This document shows, piece after piece, positions 48,801 through 61,510 of a DNA stretch of 64,000 nt. Positions within the stretch are counted from its first letter, which is position 1. Each line of letters opens with the position of its first letter. This DNA comes from Lingula anatina. Lineage: Eukaryota > Animalia > Brachiopoda. The notes beneath the pieces were generated by a model. That model made no database searches. It was not told where the DNA came from and saw only the letters and a program-made list of their open reading frames with translations. The translations under genes and the position numbers were made by a program. Location: contig CM120646.1 in the NCBI GenBank assembly GCA_051362555.1, positions 16,678,001 to 16,742,000 on the forward strand, given 5' to 3'.

Positions 48801-51800
48801 TTTTCTCGTCAGTCTCTCCAGTTTGGTGAAATAGTTTTTAAAAAAATTTGAATGAGTTTACTGAAATTTTATCAACAGCATGTATATTTATGTGTCCCCT
48901 TTTGAAATATAAAATGCCAGCCATTTTCAGGATGGTTGCTAAAATGTACACACTGATGGTTGACTTTGAGATTTCGTGGAGGAAAGCAAGATTGGTAATT
49001 TGATAAAATCAAAACATTTTTGTTATTATATTGCCAGGAATCTCAAATTTGAGACATAGAAAATATGCGTATTAATTTTATTTTTTTCATTTTCAGACAG
49101 ATGTTGGTAAACTGTGGCACTGGACGCCAGGCTGACCAGTGGGAGGCCAGCATTACTGCCACTGCTGAGAGCACAGGCAGAGAATTTATCATGATGAATA
49201 GATTTGACTCTTTTGCTCCAGTGAGAGAGGGGTATGCACAATGGTGAGTAAAGCATAACACTAATAGGCTTGCACTGTTTTTAAAAGCTGTTGTATTTGC
49301 CCGTACATTCAAATTTCTTTATAAATAACACAGTCATGTTTATTTGAAGTAGAGGTCTATTAGAATCATAAAACATTTTTGTTTGTAGTTTTTGTTATAA
49401 ATAAATCTTGCGAAATATCCTAAGATAAAGTCAAGACTTTTATTGAACAAATACCTAATTTACAACATCTGATATATAATGTTTATATACAGCCTATATT
49501 GTCTTCCAGGCTGGTAGATGGCGCTGCCTACATGAGATGTGTGTCTACAGCATTAGACCTGGCCAAGGAGGAGATCTTCATCTGCAGCTGGTGGTAGGCA
49601 GCTTTGAAACATGTTAGAATTTTAAAAAATTACTTCTGAATCCAACCAAATTAGAGAAAAAATAAGGTTCATTTTTCAACACAAAACAGTAGTTCTATTT
49701 CATAATATTGTCAGGTTTGCTAAAATGTTATAAAGTCATATTTTATTATCATTATTGGTTTATTTAAGAAAATACACACTGTTATTTTTTCCACATGCTC
49801 TACTGCAGGCTGAGCCCTGAAGTGTTTCTAAGACGTCCAATAATGACCCTGGATGACCCACACAGACTGGACCATGTGCTCCTCAGGAAAGCTGTAAGTG
49901 AACACATAACTTTTTAATTACAGGAGGAACTTAATATATTTGAACAAACTGAATGTTTGGTTTCCCCACAAAATAATGTTTTAGTTGTAAGCTAGTTCAC
50001 TGTATCCTTTCACCTTCAAGTTTACTGGTCGTGGTAGTCCTGTGCTTTCACTTTGACAGTTCATGGTATTTATGCTTCCACTATTACAGTTCATTGTGTT
50101 CAATATTTTTACCTTACAATTTATGGTCATAAAACTTTATGCTTTGCATGCCACTGTTTTTTACTTCATGGTATTTATGTTTTAACGTTGAATAGTCCAT
50201 GGTGCTCATGGTTTTTCTTTCATGTTCAGGAAGAAGGAGTTAGGGTGTACATTCTGCTATACAAGGAAGATGAACAGTTCTGCTCTGGTATCAACAGCTT
50301 TTATGTCAAACAGAGTTTACTCAGGACACAGAGAGATAATATAAAGGTAGATCACTGGTACCTGAAGTTATCATCAGAATACATGATTGGAAGAGATGGA
50401 ATGACATTTGTTATATATTTTGATTGCAAATGTGACAGTTATGCTATTAAAAGCAGTGTTGTTCAGATAGAGAGAAAATGAGTTCTCTAGAAATCTTGGG
50501 AGCATTCATGAAAGTGGGAAAATGAAAGTGAAAGAAGCCAACCAGCTTGTTCCCTTCTTCTTTTTGAAATTAGACTACATTCATGCAGTTAACTATTGGT
50601 AAAACTGTAATAATAGATTAAATTTAGACTGTTGCTTTTGTATGTTTTTATATTTTTTTAATTATTTTTTTAACTTTTATTTTTTTTTTTTTTTTTGGGG
50701 GGGGGGTATGTTCAATTATTCCGAATACACTCAAATTCAGTGAAAGTCAATTATATTTATTTTATCATGTCATCTGCACTATATCATATCTATAAATATA
50801 AAAAGCCACATGTGTATCATCCAGATCCTGAGAGTGAGTGACCAGGACAGTTACCTGTGGACCCACCATGAGAAGTTGGTGGTAGTTGACCAGAGGATAG
50901 CCTTCCTGGGAGGGATGGACCTCTGCTTTGGACGCTGGGATGATAAGTTGCACAGGTTATTATGCTTACACTGAGCTTGATGATTATATTTATAACAGTA
51001 TTATGTGTTATTTATTGCAAGTTATATCAGTTTGATTTTGAAAGGTGAATGTTGGACAATAATAATGATTTAAATATTGACAATTACATCTGCGAATTTG
51101 TCCAGCCATTTCTGTCTTATCACAATATTGTCTCCATTTGTTAGGTTATACCATGGTATATGTCACACCACTCCACACTATGCCATACCATGTAATTTTA
51201 TATTATGATATATTATATAATATAAAATATATTTATATTTCCTCAGGCTGACAGACCCTGGTAGCACAGTTCTAGCCAGAGCACTAAACTCCCCCTCCAG
51301 GTTTATGGCAGACAGTGGAGCCATGGACCTCATAGAGGTACTGAAGAACAAGGAGAACGAGGTGGACAAGAAAATGGAAGGAGAGGGGACACAGGGTGAC
51401 AAAGTGGATGTACAAATGGAACATGTAGTTGTATGTGTTCTCTCTTTTTAAGTTGATACATATCTTAGGGATTTGTATTTTTAGTGATGAAATGCAAGAT
51501 TGGTTCAAGCGCAGTTTTCTTGCTTTCATGAATTTTTAATTGGAATTTGCTGTAACAATTTGTCTTTCCAGTGATCAAATGCAGGATTGTTTCATGCAGT
51601 TTTCTGTCTTAAGGTTAATAATTTAAGTTGATATTAATCATAGTAATTTTTATTTACAGTGATGGAATAGAAAATTGGTTCCTATGCATTTTTCATGCTT
51701 TTATGAATTGATTATAGTCATGATTTTGTGTTCTTCTTTATTAGACTGGTGAAGAAGAGGAAGAACAGGAAAGGCATGGAGATGTCAACTCCTCAGATTC

Positions 51801-53908
51801 TGGCAATGCTTCCCCAGATTCTAATAAAAGGAGTGATAATGAAGCCAGCCAGCAAAGTGACAACAGAAATGAAAATGAGCAAGAAAACGGAAGTAGCTCA
51901 AGTCAGCAAAATGACAGTGAGGTTAATGATGATAAAGATTCAGATGAAACCCCAAATAGTTCACAAACAAACAACAGAAATGACCAAGAACCCTCAAACG
52001 ATGCAGGAAACGGAGTATCCAAACAATCAGATGAGAAAAATAAAAAACCTAAGTTAAGTAAAGACAAAACAGATGCAGCTAAACAAACTGAAAATGGTAA
52101 ACCCAAGAAGTCAGCCAGCAGCAAACATAGTTGTACGAACTCAACCGCTGAAAGTGATCACCAACAGCTCCCTCTGGTGGAGGAGTTGCCAAACATGAAG
52201 TTGACGATGCTGGGGCTGTCAGCAGATGGAATCTTACATAACAAGGCAGCTAAACAGAACACAGTAAGTTTATTTTTTAATTTAATTACATATGGATATG
52301 TATCAAAGATGATGCCATTCCTCAGATGAAGAAAATACAAGAGAAAAGCTTTTCTTGCTGTGCACTTAAGATACATCAGGAGACCACTTGTGGTTGAAGT
52401 ATTGTTTATTTTATTATTAATTAAAATAATGTAGGTATAGGGTTTAGGGACACAACTTTGAAGGGGACATCACTGAGATTTTTTATCAACTGAGATTTTT
52501 TTATCAACCTTATAGCAATTGTAATTTCTATTTATTATTTAAAATTGATTCAATTAAAATATAAATGGCATTGACCTGTTTTTAAGCAGATTTTATGATA
52601 AGTTGTCCAAAAAGTGGTTGTCAGGTGTCAAGACTCAGGTAAAATTTTAGTGCTAATGCCATAGGGCTTTTTTCATGGAGCCATTCCAGGGTCAGATATA
52701 TTTACCCCTCTTATTCTAGGACAGTAAAGTATCAGATAAGAACAAGCTTCTGTACCAGGATCTGAAGGATGAAGACAGTGAGCTCAGAGAGTCTGTCTCA
52801 CAGGGAAAGAGATACAGCGCAGGCTACGATACCAATTGTCCCAGCTACGAGATTACAGGGAAATGCTGGGTGGGGAAAGATTATGCCAACTTCGTCATTA
52901 AAGACTGGACAGAATTAGAGCAGCCATTCATAGGTAAGCTGTTTCTGTTGTTAGCTGTGTGTATTAATTGTTCTGGTATTGCACTCTGAGATTTGAAGAT
53001 TATTGAGGAGAAATAGACTTCTTAATTCTGACAAATAATTATAGTGTTTTTCATATGCACTTCTCTACATTTTTACAGGTTGTAGGAGGTGATAAGGAAC
53101 TGAAAATTGTAAAGTGCAGGCTGCATATTACAAACCCCAGTAACTTGAGACCCAATAATTGAATAATCAATCAACAGTAAGGTCAACAATACAGACACGT
53201 GAAAGAATACAGTAAGGATGTTGTAAAACTATAAATCAATTAAAATATGTGTATAAGTCGCAGTTGCCTATGTTCCAGACACAGTAGACCGCCTGACAGT
53301 CCCTCGCATCCCATGGCATGATGTTGGCTGTGTGGTGTATGGGAAAGCAGCAAGAGACACAGCCAGGCATTTTATACAGAGGTGGAATCATGCAAAGGTG
53401 GGGGTGCTAAGACCACTTTTTACTTTCTTTGGTTTTGAATGTAATCATTTTCTTAAACTGGAGTTGAATCTTTTAATTCTTTGTAAGCTGTATATGTTTT
53501 CCTTCAGTTATAATAAAGTGCACATTTTGAAGGTGTAATATATTGTCAAGTGCACCAACTAAAGCTCGCTATTTGTTTATATGGTATATTTTCAGGGGCG
53601 GATCCAGAGATATTTTCTGACAGTCTTCCAAATTATCTTCGTTGATCCATCTTCCAATTTTTGACCGTCTTCCGACAGAAAACATTAGATGGCTGACAAT
53701 GTAAACTTGAAAATCTGACCGTCTTCTAGAAGACCCAGAAGACGGCCTAAATCCGCCCCTGATTTTATTGACTGTTTATGTTTCAGTATCTCAGATGCAA
53801 ACAGAACCCTGTCTACCCCTATTTGGTCCCTAAATCATATGACTGGGTGCCCATACCTGAGCCCCTGAAGGCTACATCTCTGTCCTGCAAATGTCAGGTA
53901 AATATGTG

Positions 53909-53944
<36 letters not shown>

Positions 53945-56900
53945 TATTGTAAAATCACATCAAAAAGCTTTCAGTTTTACATTGAACTTATGCATTAAAA
54001 ACAATAAAATGCTATAAGTGAAGTTTAAGGCAGTTGTTTTTGCTAATTATTTCATATTTATAATTCAAATAGCCAGTGGGCGTAAAAGTTAAAGGCACTT
54101 AAAATGTAAATGATTCCATGACCAGCACTGAAACCCCTCATGGAGTCATCCTTCTTTCCAGGTTCTCCGTAGCGCCAGTCGTTGGTCCAGTGGAATGGAG
54201 ATGACAGAGAGCTCCATACAGAATGCCTACATCCATGCCATCAGGACTGCCAAGCACTATATATACATTGAAGTAAGTCACATCTTTGCAGTGTCTAAGA
54301 AGAAGGAAGCACTTTGCTGATTGTTTGGGGGTAACAGAGGAAGTGACCTGAGACCTCATTGTCCATAAGGTAGTAAATTTAAGAATTGCTCACAAAAGTA
54401 TGGTGTTTTTGCAGCCATACTTTAAATATAACCCTTTTCTGTCTTCACAATTATTCAATCACAACTTATTATACAATATACGTGCTATTTCTGCAGAATG
54501 TTATTTTAGTTATTCTACTTTTTAGAGTCAGTATTTGATCAGTCGCTGTGGTGACAAGTCAGAGGTGTCAAATGGGATATGTGACGCCCTCTATGGGAGG
54601 ATTATGGAAGCACACAGGTAAGTATATTGCTGAGATTACAGTCTGTGAGACATTTTTCACAAGGTGGCTTAAAAGTTAAGTATTGAATTTCACATTTATT
54701 GATTCTATCCTGGTAATTCAGTTATATTGGTAAATTTTGTATAAGTGTACTAATGAATCAAAGACAAACATAGAATCTTGTATATGCACATTTACTGATA
54801 TTAAGTAAACATGGCGTTTATGTAGAAAATACATGAAAGTTCATCCCTTTTTACTCTACTTTTAACTCTGCCGCAAATTTCAGAAATCAAGAGTCATTCC
54901 GTGTGTACATCCTGCTCCCCCTGGTGCCAGGATTTGAGGGAGAATACACTGCAGATGTCCCCACTGGCAACCAAATAATGAGCTACTGGCTGTACACCTC
55001 TGTGTGCAGGGGAGAGAAGTCTCTCCTGGGGAAACTTCAGCAGGATGGTATGCATAAACCACTTTTTAGTAAAGCCTGTTAATCTAATGACAGAGGAAAA
55101 AAAATACAGGTCCTCAATTTCACTTGTAACAAATTTGTCAAGTTGTTATTATAATGGTAATGGCAGTGCCTAGTATATTCACAGTAGCGAGTTGCGATGC
55201 CTTTCCATGTAGTTTCATGTTTATATCACATTTCTCTCAAGCATATGAAAGTTACAAAAAATTTATGGAATAAGTAACTTAAAAAATTAGGATCTGCTTA
55301 TTAAAAATGACCCCCTAACCTCCCACTCGATCCCCCCAAAAAAGTTCATTAATTCATTATATTATTCATTTAGTTGAGGACCCTTCGAAGTATCTGTCTG
55401 TATGCAGCCTGAGATCTCACAGTGAGCTTGGAGGAAAGCTGATCACAGAGATTATCTATATCAACAGCAAACTTCTTATAGTGGATGATACGACAGTTAT
55501 CATTGGCTCAGCTAACATAAATGACAGGAGCATGCTGGGAGATCTGGACAGTGAGGTGTCCATGATATTTGAGGTAAATTGCTGGAGCTGTCATGTACTC
55601 TGGTACATTTGGTTATTAGACTCGTCATTTCACTAAACATTTGTTACCTTCCTCCTCCCTTTCTCTTTCTCCCAACTCTCTCTCTCTCTCTCTCTCTCTC
55701 CTCATAAAAGAAAGAATGATTGTTTGGGATTTTTGCTCCCGTTCCAATACCCAGAAGTCTTCTTAATCCACTTCTGGAAGTACATTCAGTTAGTCATTAA
55801 GTTGATAACACACCAGTAGTCATGATCATCATAGTAATCATCTCATTGACAGGCATTGCATGTCCAGAAAATGATTCTTAAATTTGTCTCTGTAAATTAT
55901 TTCTTTTCCCTGTCAGGACACAGAGACTGTGGAGTCTAGAATGGATGGAGAAGTCTTCCAGGCTGGCAAGTTTGCCCAAAGTTTACGCATCAACCTGTTC
56001 AGGTGAGAGAGAATATTTGGTATTGAATATGGCATTAAGTGAAATGACATCCAAAATGCAACAGAAAACAAATCAAGACATTTTCAAAAAGGTGAATTGG
56101 TTTTGAACTTTTAAGTATTAAAATACCCCAGGGTTGCTATTTAAGCTTTACTGAAGATGAATTTGTGTATCATTTCATAAGTTATAAACAGCGGGTGGAA
56201 CACCTGTTAACAATTGGAATCGGTTCTAAAAACGTGAAGTATAAAACCCAACATATACTGTGCCTAGACATGAAAGCCCAGACATTTGACTTTTGTATAA
56301 ATGTGTATTTTCTTTCTTTAGGGAGCACCTTGGTTATGTAGAAGATGACAACAGTAAGCTTCTGGATCCTGTGATCGATTCTTTCTACAGAGGAACCTGG
56401 ATAAAACAGGCATCACTGAATACTGCCACATATGAAAGGGTAAGGACTCTGGGACATTTTGAATTTTGAATTGGTCCATTTTGAGTTGTAGTGGGAGCTC
56501 TGACCTCTACCAGCGTTATCAACAAGCTTCTGATTTCCAGACATAGTGGTAATGAAGGTTTGTATCCAGTTATCTTAGAAACCCAGGGTGCTCGACAGAT
56601 TGCACCCAAAAGCTTTTCTTAAGATTTCTTGTAGACCCTCACAGGGCATAAAATGAACACAAATCATTTAGAAATTTAAAGAGTTGGCATTATGATACAT
56701 TTTAAACTATGAATACTACACAGATCTAATGGCTTCATTGGAAGTTAAGAACATACTAGTATATTGTGCCTGTCATTGCCAGTTATTTTATTTTTCTTCT
56801 TGTTAGTTATTATTCTGTATTGTTTTACTAGTATTTTTTGAAACTGTGTGTTATTACATATCGCTTCCTCTAGGTATTCAAATGCCTCCCCAGTGACCAG

Positions 56901-57098
56901 GTCCAGAGTTACGCTGAACTAGAGCAATACTGTGCCAAGAATCCCATGAGTGAAAGCAGTCCCAGTCTAGCCAGGGGGCTGCTCAAGAAGGTCAAAGGTC
57001 ACCTGGTCTGCTGGCCAATGGGCTTCCTACAGGAAGAGATGCTGCTGCCATCTTTAGATTCAAAAGAAGCTGCATTGCCTTCGGTCATGTGGACTTAG
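45822..57098 (+). CDS. Phospholipase D1/2-type (PX-PH-PLD) protein with a degenerate second HKD motif; about 24 coding exons
   Basis: PX ([25 protein letters not shown]), PH ([11 protein letters not shown]), [34 protein letters not shown]1 [29 protein letters not shown] (50825-50955), [35 protein letters not shown]2 [30 protein letters not shown] (55373-55573), C-terminus LPSVMWT*. All junctions I checked are in phase. Confidence 0.93.
46450..46655 (+). repeat. 16-bp tandem repeat of a PLD 5' splice site
   Basis: cctgtgagtattgtaa, cctgtgagtactgtta, tctatgagtactgtta, cctgtgagcactgtta, cctgtgagtgctgtta, cccgtgagtg..., plus a separate copy of the exon end (tcagcccttacctgtgagta) at ~46632. Confidence 0.85.
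51455..51744 (+). repeat. Degenerate ~87-bp repeat (3 copies) in a PLD intron, each containing an acceptor-like site
   Basis: ttttag-tgatgaaatgcaagattggttc (51484), ttccag-tgatcaaatgcaggattgtttc (51571), ttacag-tgatggaatagaaaattggttc (51659). Confidence 0.75.
53593..53761. mobile_element. MITE in a PLD intron
   Basis: TIRs caggggcggat and atccgcccctg; internal gaccgtcttc repeats; atttt on both flanks. Confidence 0.75.
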
Positions 57099-59789
57099 TA
57101 CTATATCTTGTTATCTTTGTTTTGATTCATTATTTGAAATTATAAAACTTGACAGTGTATATGTAGAAAGTTCAAGTTTTAAATATTCCTTTTTTTTATA
57201 TTTTTCTTTTTTATATTACAGTTATAGGTCACCTACAGGTTTTAATTATGGTTCCAAAATCACCATAAGTTATCATTATTTAAACAGCCAATAAGGTAAT
57301 GAGGAAAAGTTAATTTTATATTTATAAACTGATACAATAACAAGTTGCAATTCTTAATTTTGCTTTTTATCTTTTTTAGTCAAACAAAATCCAGTCATGA
57401 GCCTAGGTTTAAAAAAAAAACTCTGAGCCAGATTTTATTGCAGATCTTCACAAATCTCAGGAACCATCAGAATTGAATTAAAAAACGCGGAATTGCACTT
57501 TTCCATGGAAAAAGCTTGTAAAGAAATAACTTAATAATACATATAATTATCATTAAAATGCAAACATTTAATGTAACCTTAGCTATTTTTTTGTAATATT
57601 TATGAAGTTGTAATGTAACTATTTTAAACGTAAAAAAAACTGATTTAAAACATAAATGCCTGTATTATTTTCAACATTTTATTCACTTTCATACAAACTA
57701 GCAAATAATTCATGTATCATATGTATATTATATAATTTATATCCACCTTGGCACCGATGCAATACTTCATGCTGATAGCAACAGTAACAGTACAATGACA
57801 TGTTATACTGCCTCAGTATTATGATAGCTACACAATGATTAACAACACAATGATTGGGTTAAAAACTTCTAACAGACATGGTTAGCAACATACAAGAGAG
57901 GCGCATTGCAAACATTTAGCTTTTTTTTTTAACTGTGTGTGTTTGTATGTGTGATGTTTCCATACCTTATTATTATTATTAAAAATCTTTTGGTAGAAAC
58001 TGTTTCCTATGTGCTGTTTTATACAAAATCTAACCATATCTGTCTCAATGCAATTTTACAAAAATACTTTGTTTAAAATATTTCATAAAGAATTGAAATC
58101 GCTACTGCTAAGTCACGTAGACATAATAAATACAATCTTTTAATGTACAGTAATGTTATAATATGATTAATATGTTACTGATTCAACGCAGTTGGTTATA
58201 AGTATGTTACATAAAAAAAATTAAAAAGTTTGTTCTTTTATCATTGTAAAGAAACTTCATGACTATAAAATAATAAGGTTATGCATTAAAAAAATAAGTA
58301 AATAAATAACAACTTCCATAAGAAACATTCTACAACTTTCAAGGAGTTGTGTCTTCTACTACACTTTAAAACCTTGAGCTGGACAAATATGCTTCTTAAA
58401 AATTTTAATATTATTTAACGGGGCAACAATCATCCCCTGTGTCCTTATGATCAATGCAAAATATTCCGAATACAAGAACCCCCATCCTCTCAGTCACTTT
58501 TCTTATACAACATTTTACACAATGGCTCCCAGTGAATACTTGAGCATAGGAAGCATTCATAACAAAGGCAACAGAGCCAACAATTACATTGAAGTAGTCC
58601 TTAATCTCATATATCATTTCCAGAAATCCACTCTAATTCTTGTTATATCTAAAATGATACACTTCACATTAAATGGGGGTTACCCATAACTGCACCAGAC
58701 TGGGGTAGAACTTGGGATCACCACACACCATAAATATAGTTATACTTTCCTGCACACTCAACACTAGTTATACAGGCATGTTTTATAATGAAAATTTTGA
58801 TATCCAATTGACATTGATTCTATACAAACAGTTTTATTTTTAAAACTTTGTATAGAATCGGTGCACTTAAAAAGTCTACCCATTGCCAATGGTGAGGAGA
58901 ACCATACTAGGTAAACCACTACGACAGTGCATGCTGTTCTTCATTAGTGACAGTCTGGTCATTATGCTTGGTACCAAAATACACAAAATATTTTCAACAA
59001 CTGAGATGTTGTATAACTGTTGCCTTCCTACACTGCCTCCCATAAGTTATAACAATTTTGATTCTACTGAACAGCTTTGGCGCTAGCACAATATGATTGT
59101 CTTGGCTGTTGAACATTACTGAACAAGGACTAGCACTGCGATTAAATTGCTTAATTAAGAAGTAAATGCACCGATAATCCATGTATAAAACTTAAAATCA
59201 GTCCTCGGAGAGCTTCTTTGGTTAAAGTAGTAAAATGTTCCCTTGCAGATTAATAAAGTGGGTCTGTAAGTAAATTTTTCGATGTTTTGTAAGTTATGCA
59301 ATATATCTTTGGTCTTGAACTACTTCACTTGTCTTTGTTTTTTTTTAACAGGACTGTTTAAGACCCCACCCCATCCCCCCAAAAAATCTTTTACCTAAAG
59401 CCAACTTAAAAAAACTTACCCTCCTTTAATAGGGTTTGTTTTACAGATATTTCAAACACACAGTCAAGTTATTGAATCAAATGTATTGTAATGCCTGATA
59501 TGAGTGGTCAGTGGCTTCTAGCAAGCAGCTCTGTGTTGTTAAACATCTAATAAGACCCTTTCCAGTTAAGAATAGTCCTGATGTAAACACAGCCTTAGTG
59601 AGCAATTCATGTAAGCTTTCAGTGGTGTGTGGTTGGTAGTGTGTTAATTTTAATGCTGTTTCTGTTGGTTGTGTTTTGTATCACTGCTAAGATAACTAAA
59701 TTTATAGTGTTTAATTATTTACATGACTGTTGTAAATAGGTGTGTTTTAATGGGAAGGATTTCTCTCGAATGCTGTTCTGTACATAAAT

Positions 59790-60090
59790 TCACTGCTTAA
59801 CCCAAACTTATGGCAAGGATATATGCATTCTGTGCTAAGCCTTATCCTACTGCAAGGAAGTTTAGTACTGCTCCTAATACTTCCAAAGGGATATAAATAT
59901 TAAGCACTGCACCTAATCCTACTGCAAGGATATATAAATTTAGCACTGTACCTAATCCTACAGCAAGGATATAAATTGCGCTTCACTTAATGCTACAGCA
60001 AGGATATTAACATTTAAAGCATTTTTGCTGATCTTACAGCATGGGTACACATATTGATCACTGCACCCAATCTTACAGCAAGGATATATG
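59790..60090. repeat. Degenerate ~40-bp minisatellite between PLD and LMBR1 (possibly in the LMBR1 3' UTR)
   Basis: Recurrent cctaatcctac(t/a)gcaaggatat...agcactg units, about 8 copies. Confidence 0.75.
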
Positions 60091-61510
60091 GCAAGATATA
60101 TACCAACTCAATAAATGTTCCTACAGCCAATTAAAAGCTAATGCTGCTATAATGAATACTTTCCATCCATGTCTATAAGCATATATACTATATTTGCATT
60201 GATCTGCATTGCTAGGATCTGTCCCTTAAATATTCAACAATAAAACCTGAGGATATTTTACAAGAGAAATACAAGTCATGATCACATCAACATTTGAATT
60301 CCGTCATATATTAGTGCCTCTACTACTACAATAAACTATACAGACTGCTTCCTCTCCATACATCTTCCACTTGCTGGATTGTTTTACATGGCAATGGCTT
60401 AAATTTTGCCTCAAAAACCAAATGCTTTATTTTAAGCTTGATTTTAATATCAACAAGATTAGTTGACAAAAAATCCAGGTTTTCTATATCATTAAAAACA
60501 CTGCCTTGCTTTTTTGTATTTAAATGACACATAAGCAATAAAATGCATTCAACAATCATATTTTTCAAGTGCTAGCCTTATGTAAAATATTTCTTTTGGG
60601 CCCTAGTTAACCATTCACCATTCTAACATTCTTCCTGCCACTCAGCTTTGTTCATATACCACCTAACTGTACAGAGATAGAAAACTTGAATGAAAAGCAT
60701 CAGTTATTACAATAAAATCACCATTAAAAGGGTTTGTATCAATTTGTTCATTTGGTATAAAAACACTATGTACAAGTGAAGCCTCTGGTATTCACATAAA
60801 TCAAATAAAAACGTGTATGTTACACAACATTAGCTGTTGCTATTGACTATTACACAACTTGGACCAGAATTTTTTACTTGTTCAGTCAATTTTCATTTGA
60901 TCACATCTTTTCCATCACAAAGACAACTTTTTCATGCAACTGGCCAGGTGTGTGATTAAGGACTAGAGTCCACTCTACATAAAAACTGTGGACTTTCAAA
61001 GGTAGCTGATACAAGAGAGACCTAACATGAACTCTTGATTCTGCCTCTCTCAGTGTGCTTCACAACAGCAGCATGTGAGTCAATTCTAATGCTGATTGTG
61101 TTGGCTGTATTTCGTGTCCTTGCTGGTCCCAGACGGTTACCTTGGACAGGGTTATCCTGCACTGGACAACAGAGGGCAAAGTAGCTTGGTCCACTGATAG
61201 CTAATACCAGGTGACGATGTACCTGGGCCCTCCTGACATGTATAAAAGCTGGTGCCGCAATTCAGGTTGCTCATTGGCATTTAGAGTTTGCACTGACATA
61301 ACCAAGCAAAATACTGTCTCATTTGAACACTCAAATGCAAGCTAATATAGCTCAGCCTTAAAAGCAATACATGAGGTTTCTTTAAGTTAAAGGTGCATGC
61401 TTCACCAAAGCCTTTCAACCTTCCAGGTTAACATACACCTTCATGATAACCAACATGTCTTTTCTTTGTCCCCATACCAATTATGTACTGTTCCCACCAT
61501 GTCTAAGCCT

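Noticed and set aside
51728-52057. 109-aa Met/Lys-rich ORF
   Set aside because: Alternate frame of the PLD loop exon; the spliced frame is open through 52263.
45822-57098. Calling the PLD a pseudogene
   Set aside because: No frameshift or premature stop found across the exons checked, and splice sites are canonical.
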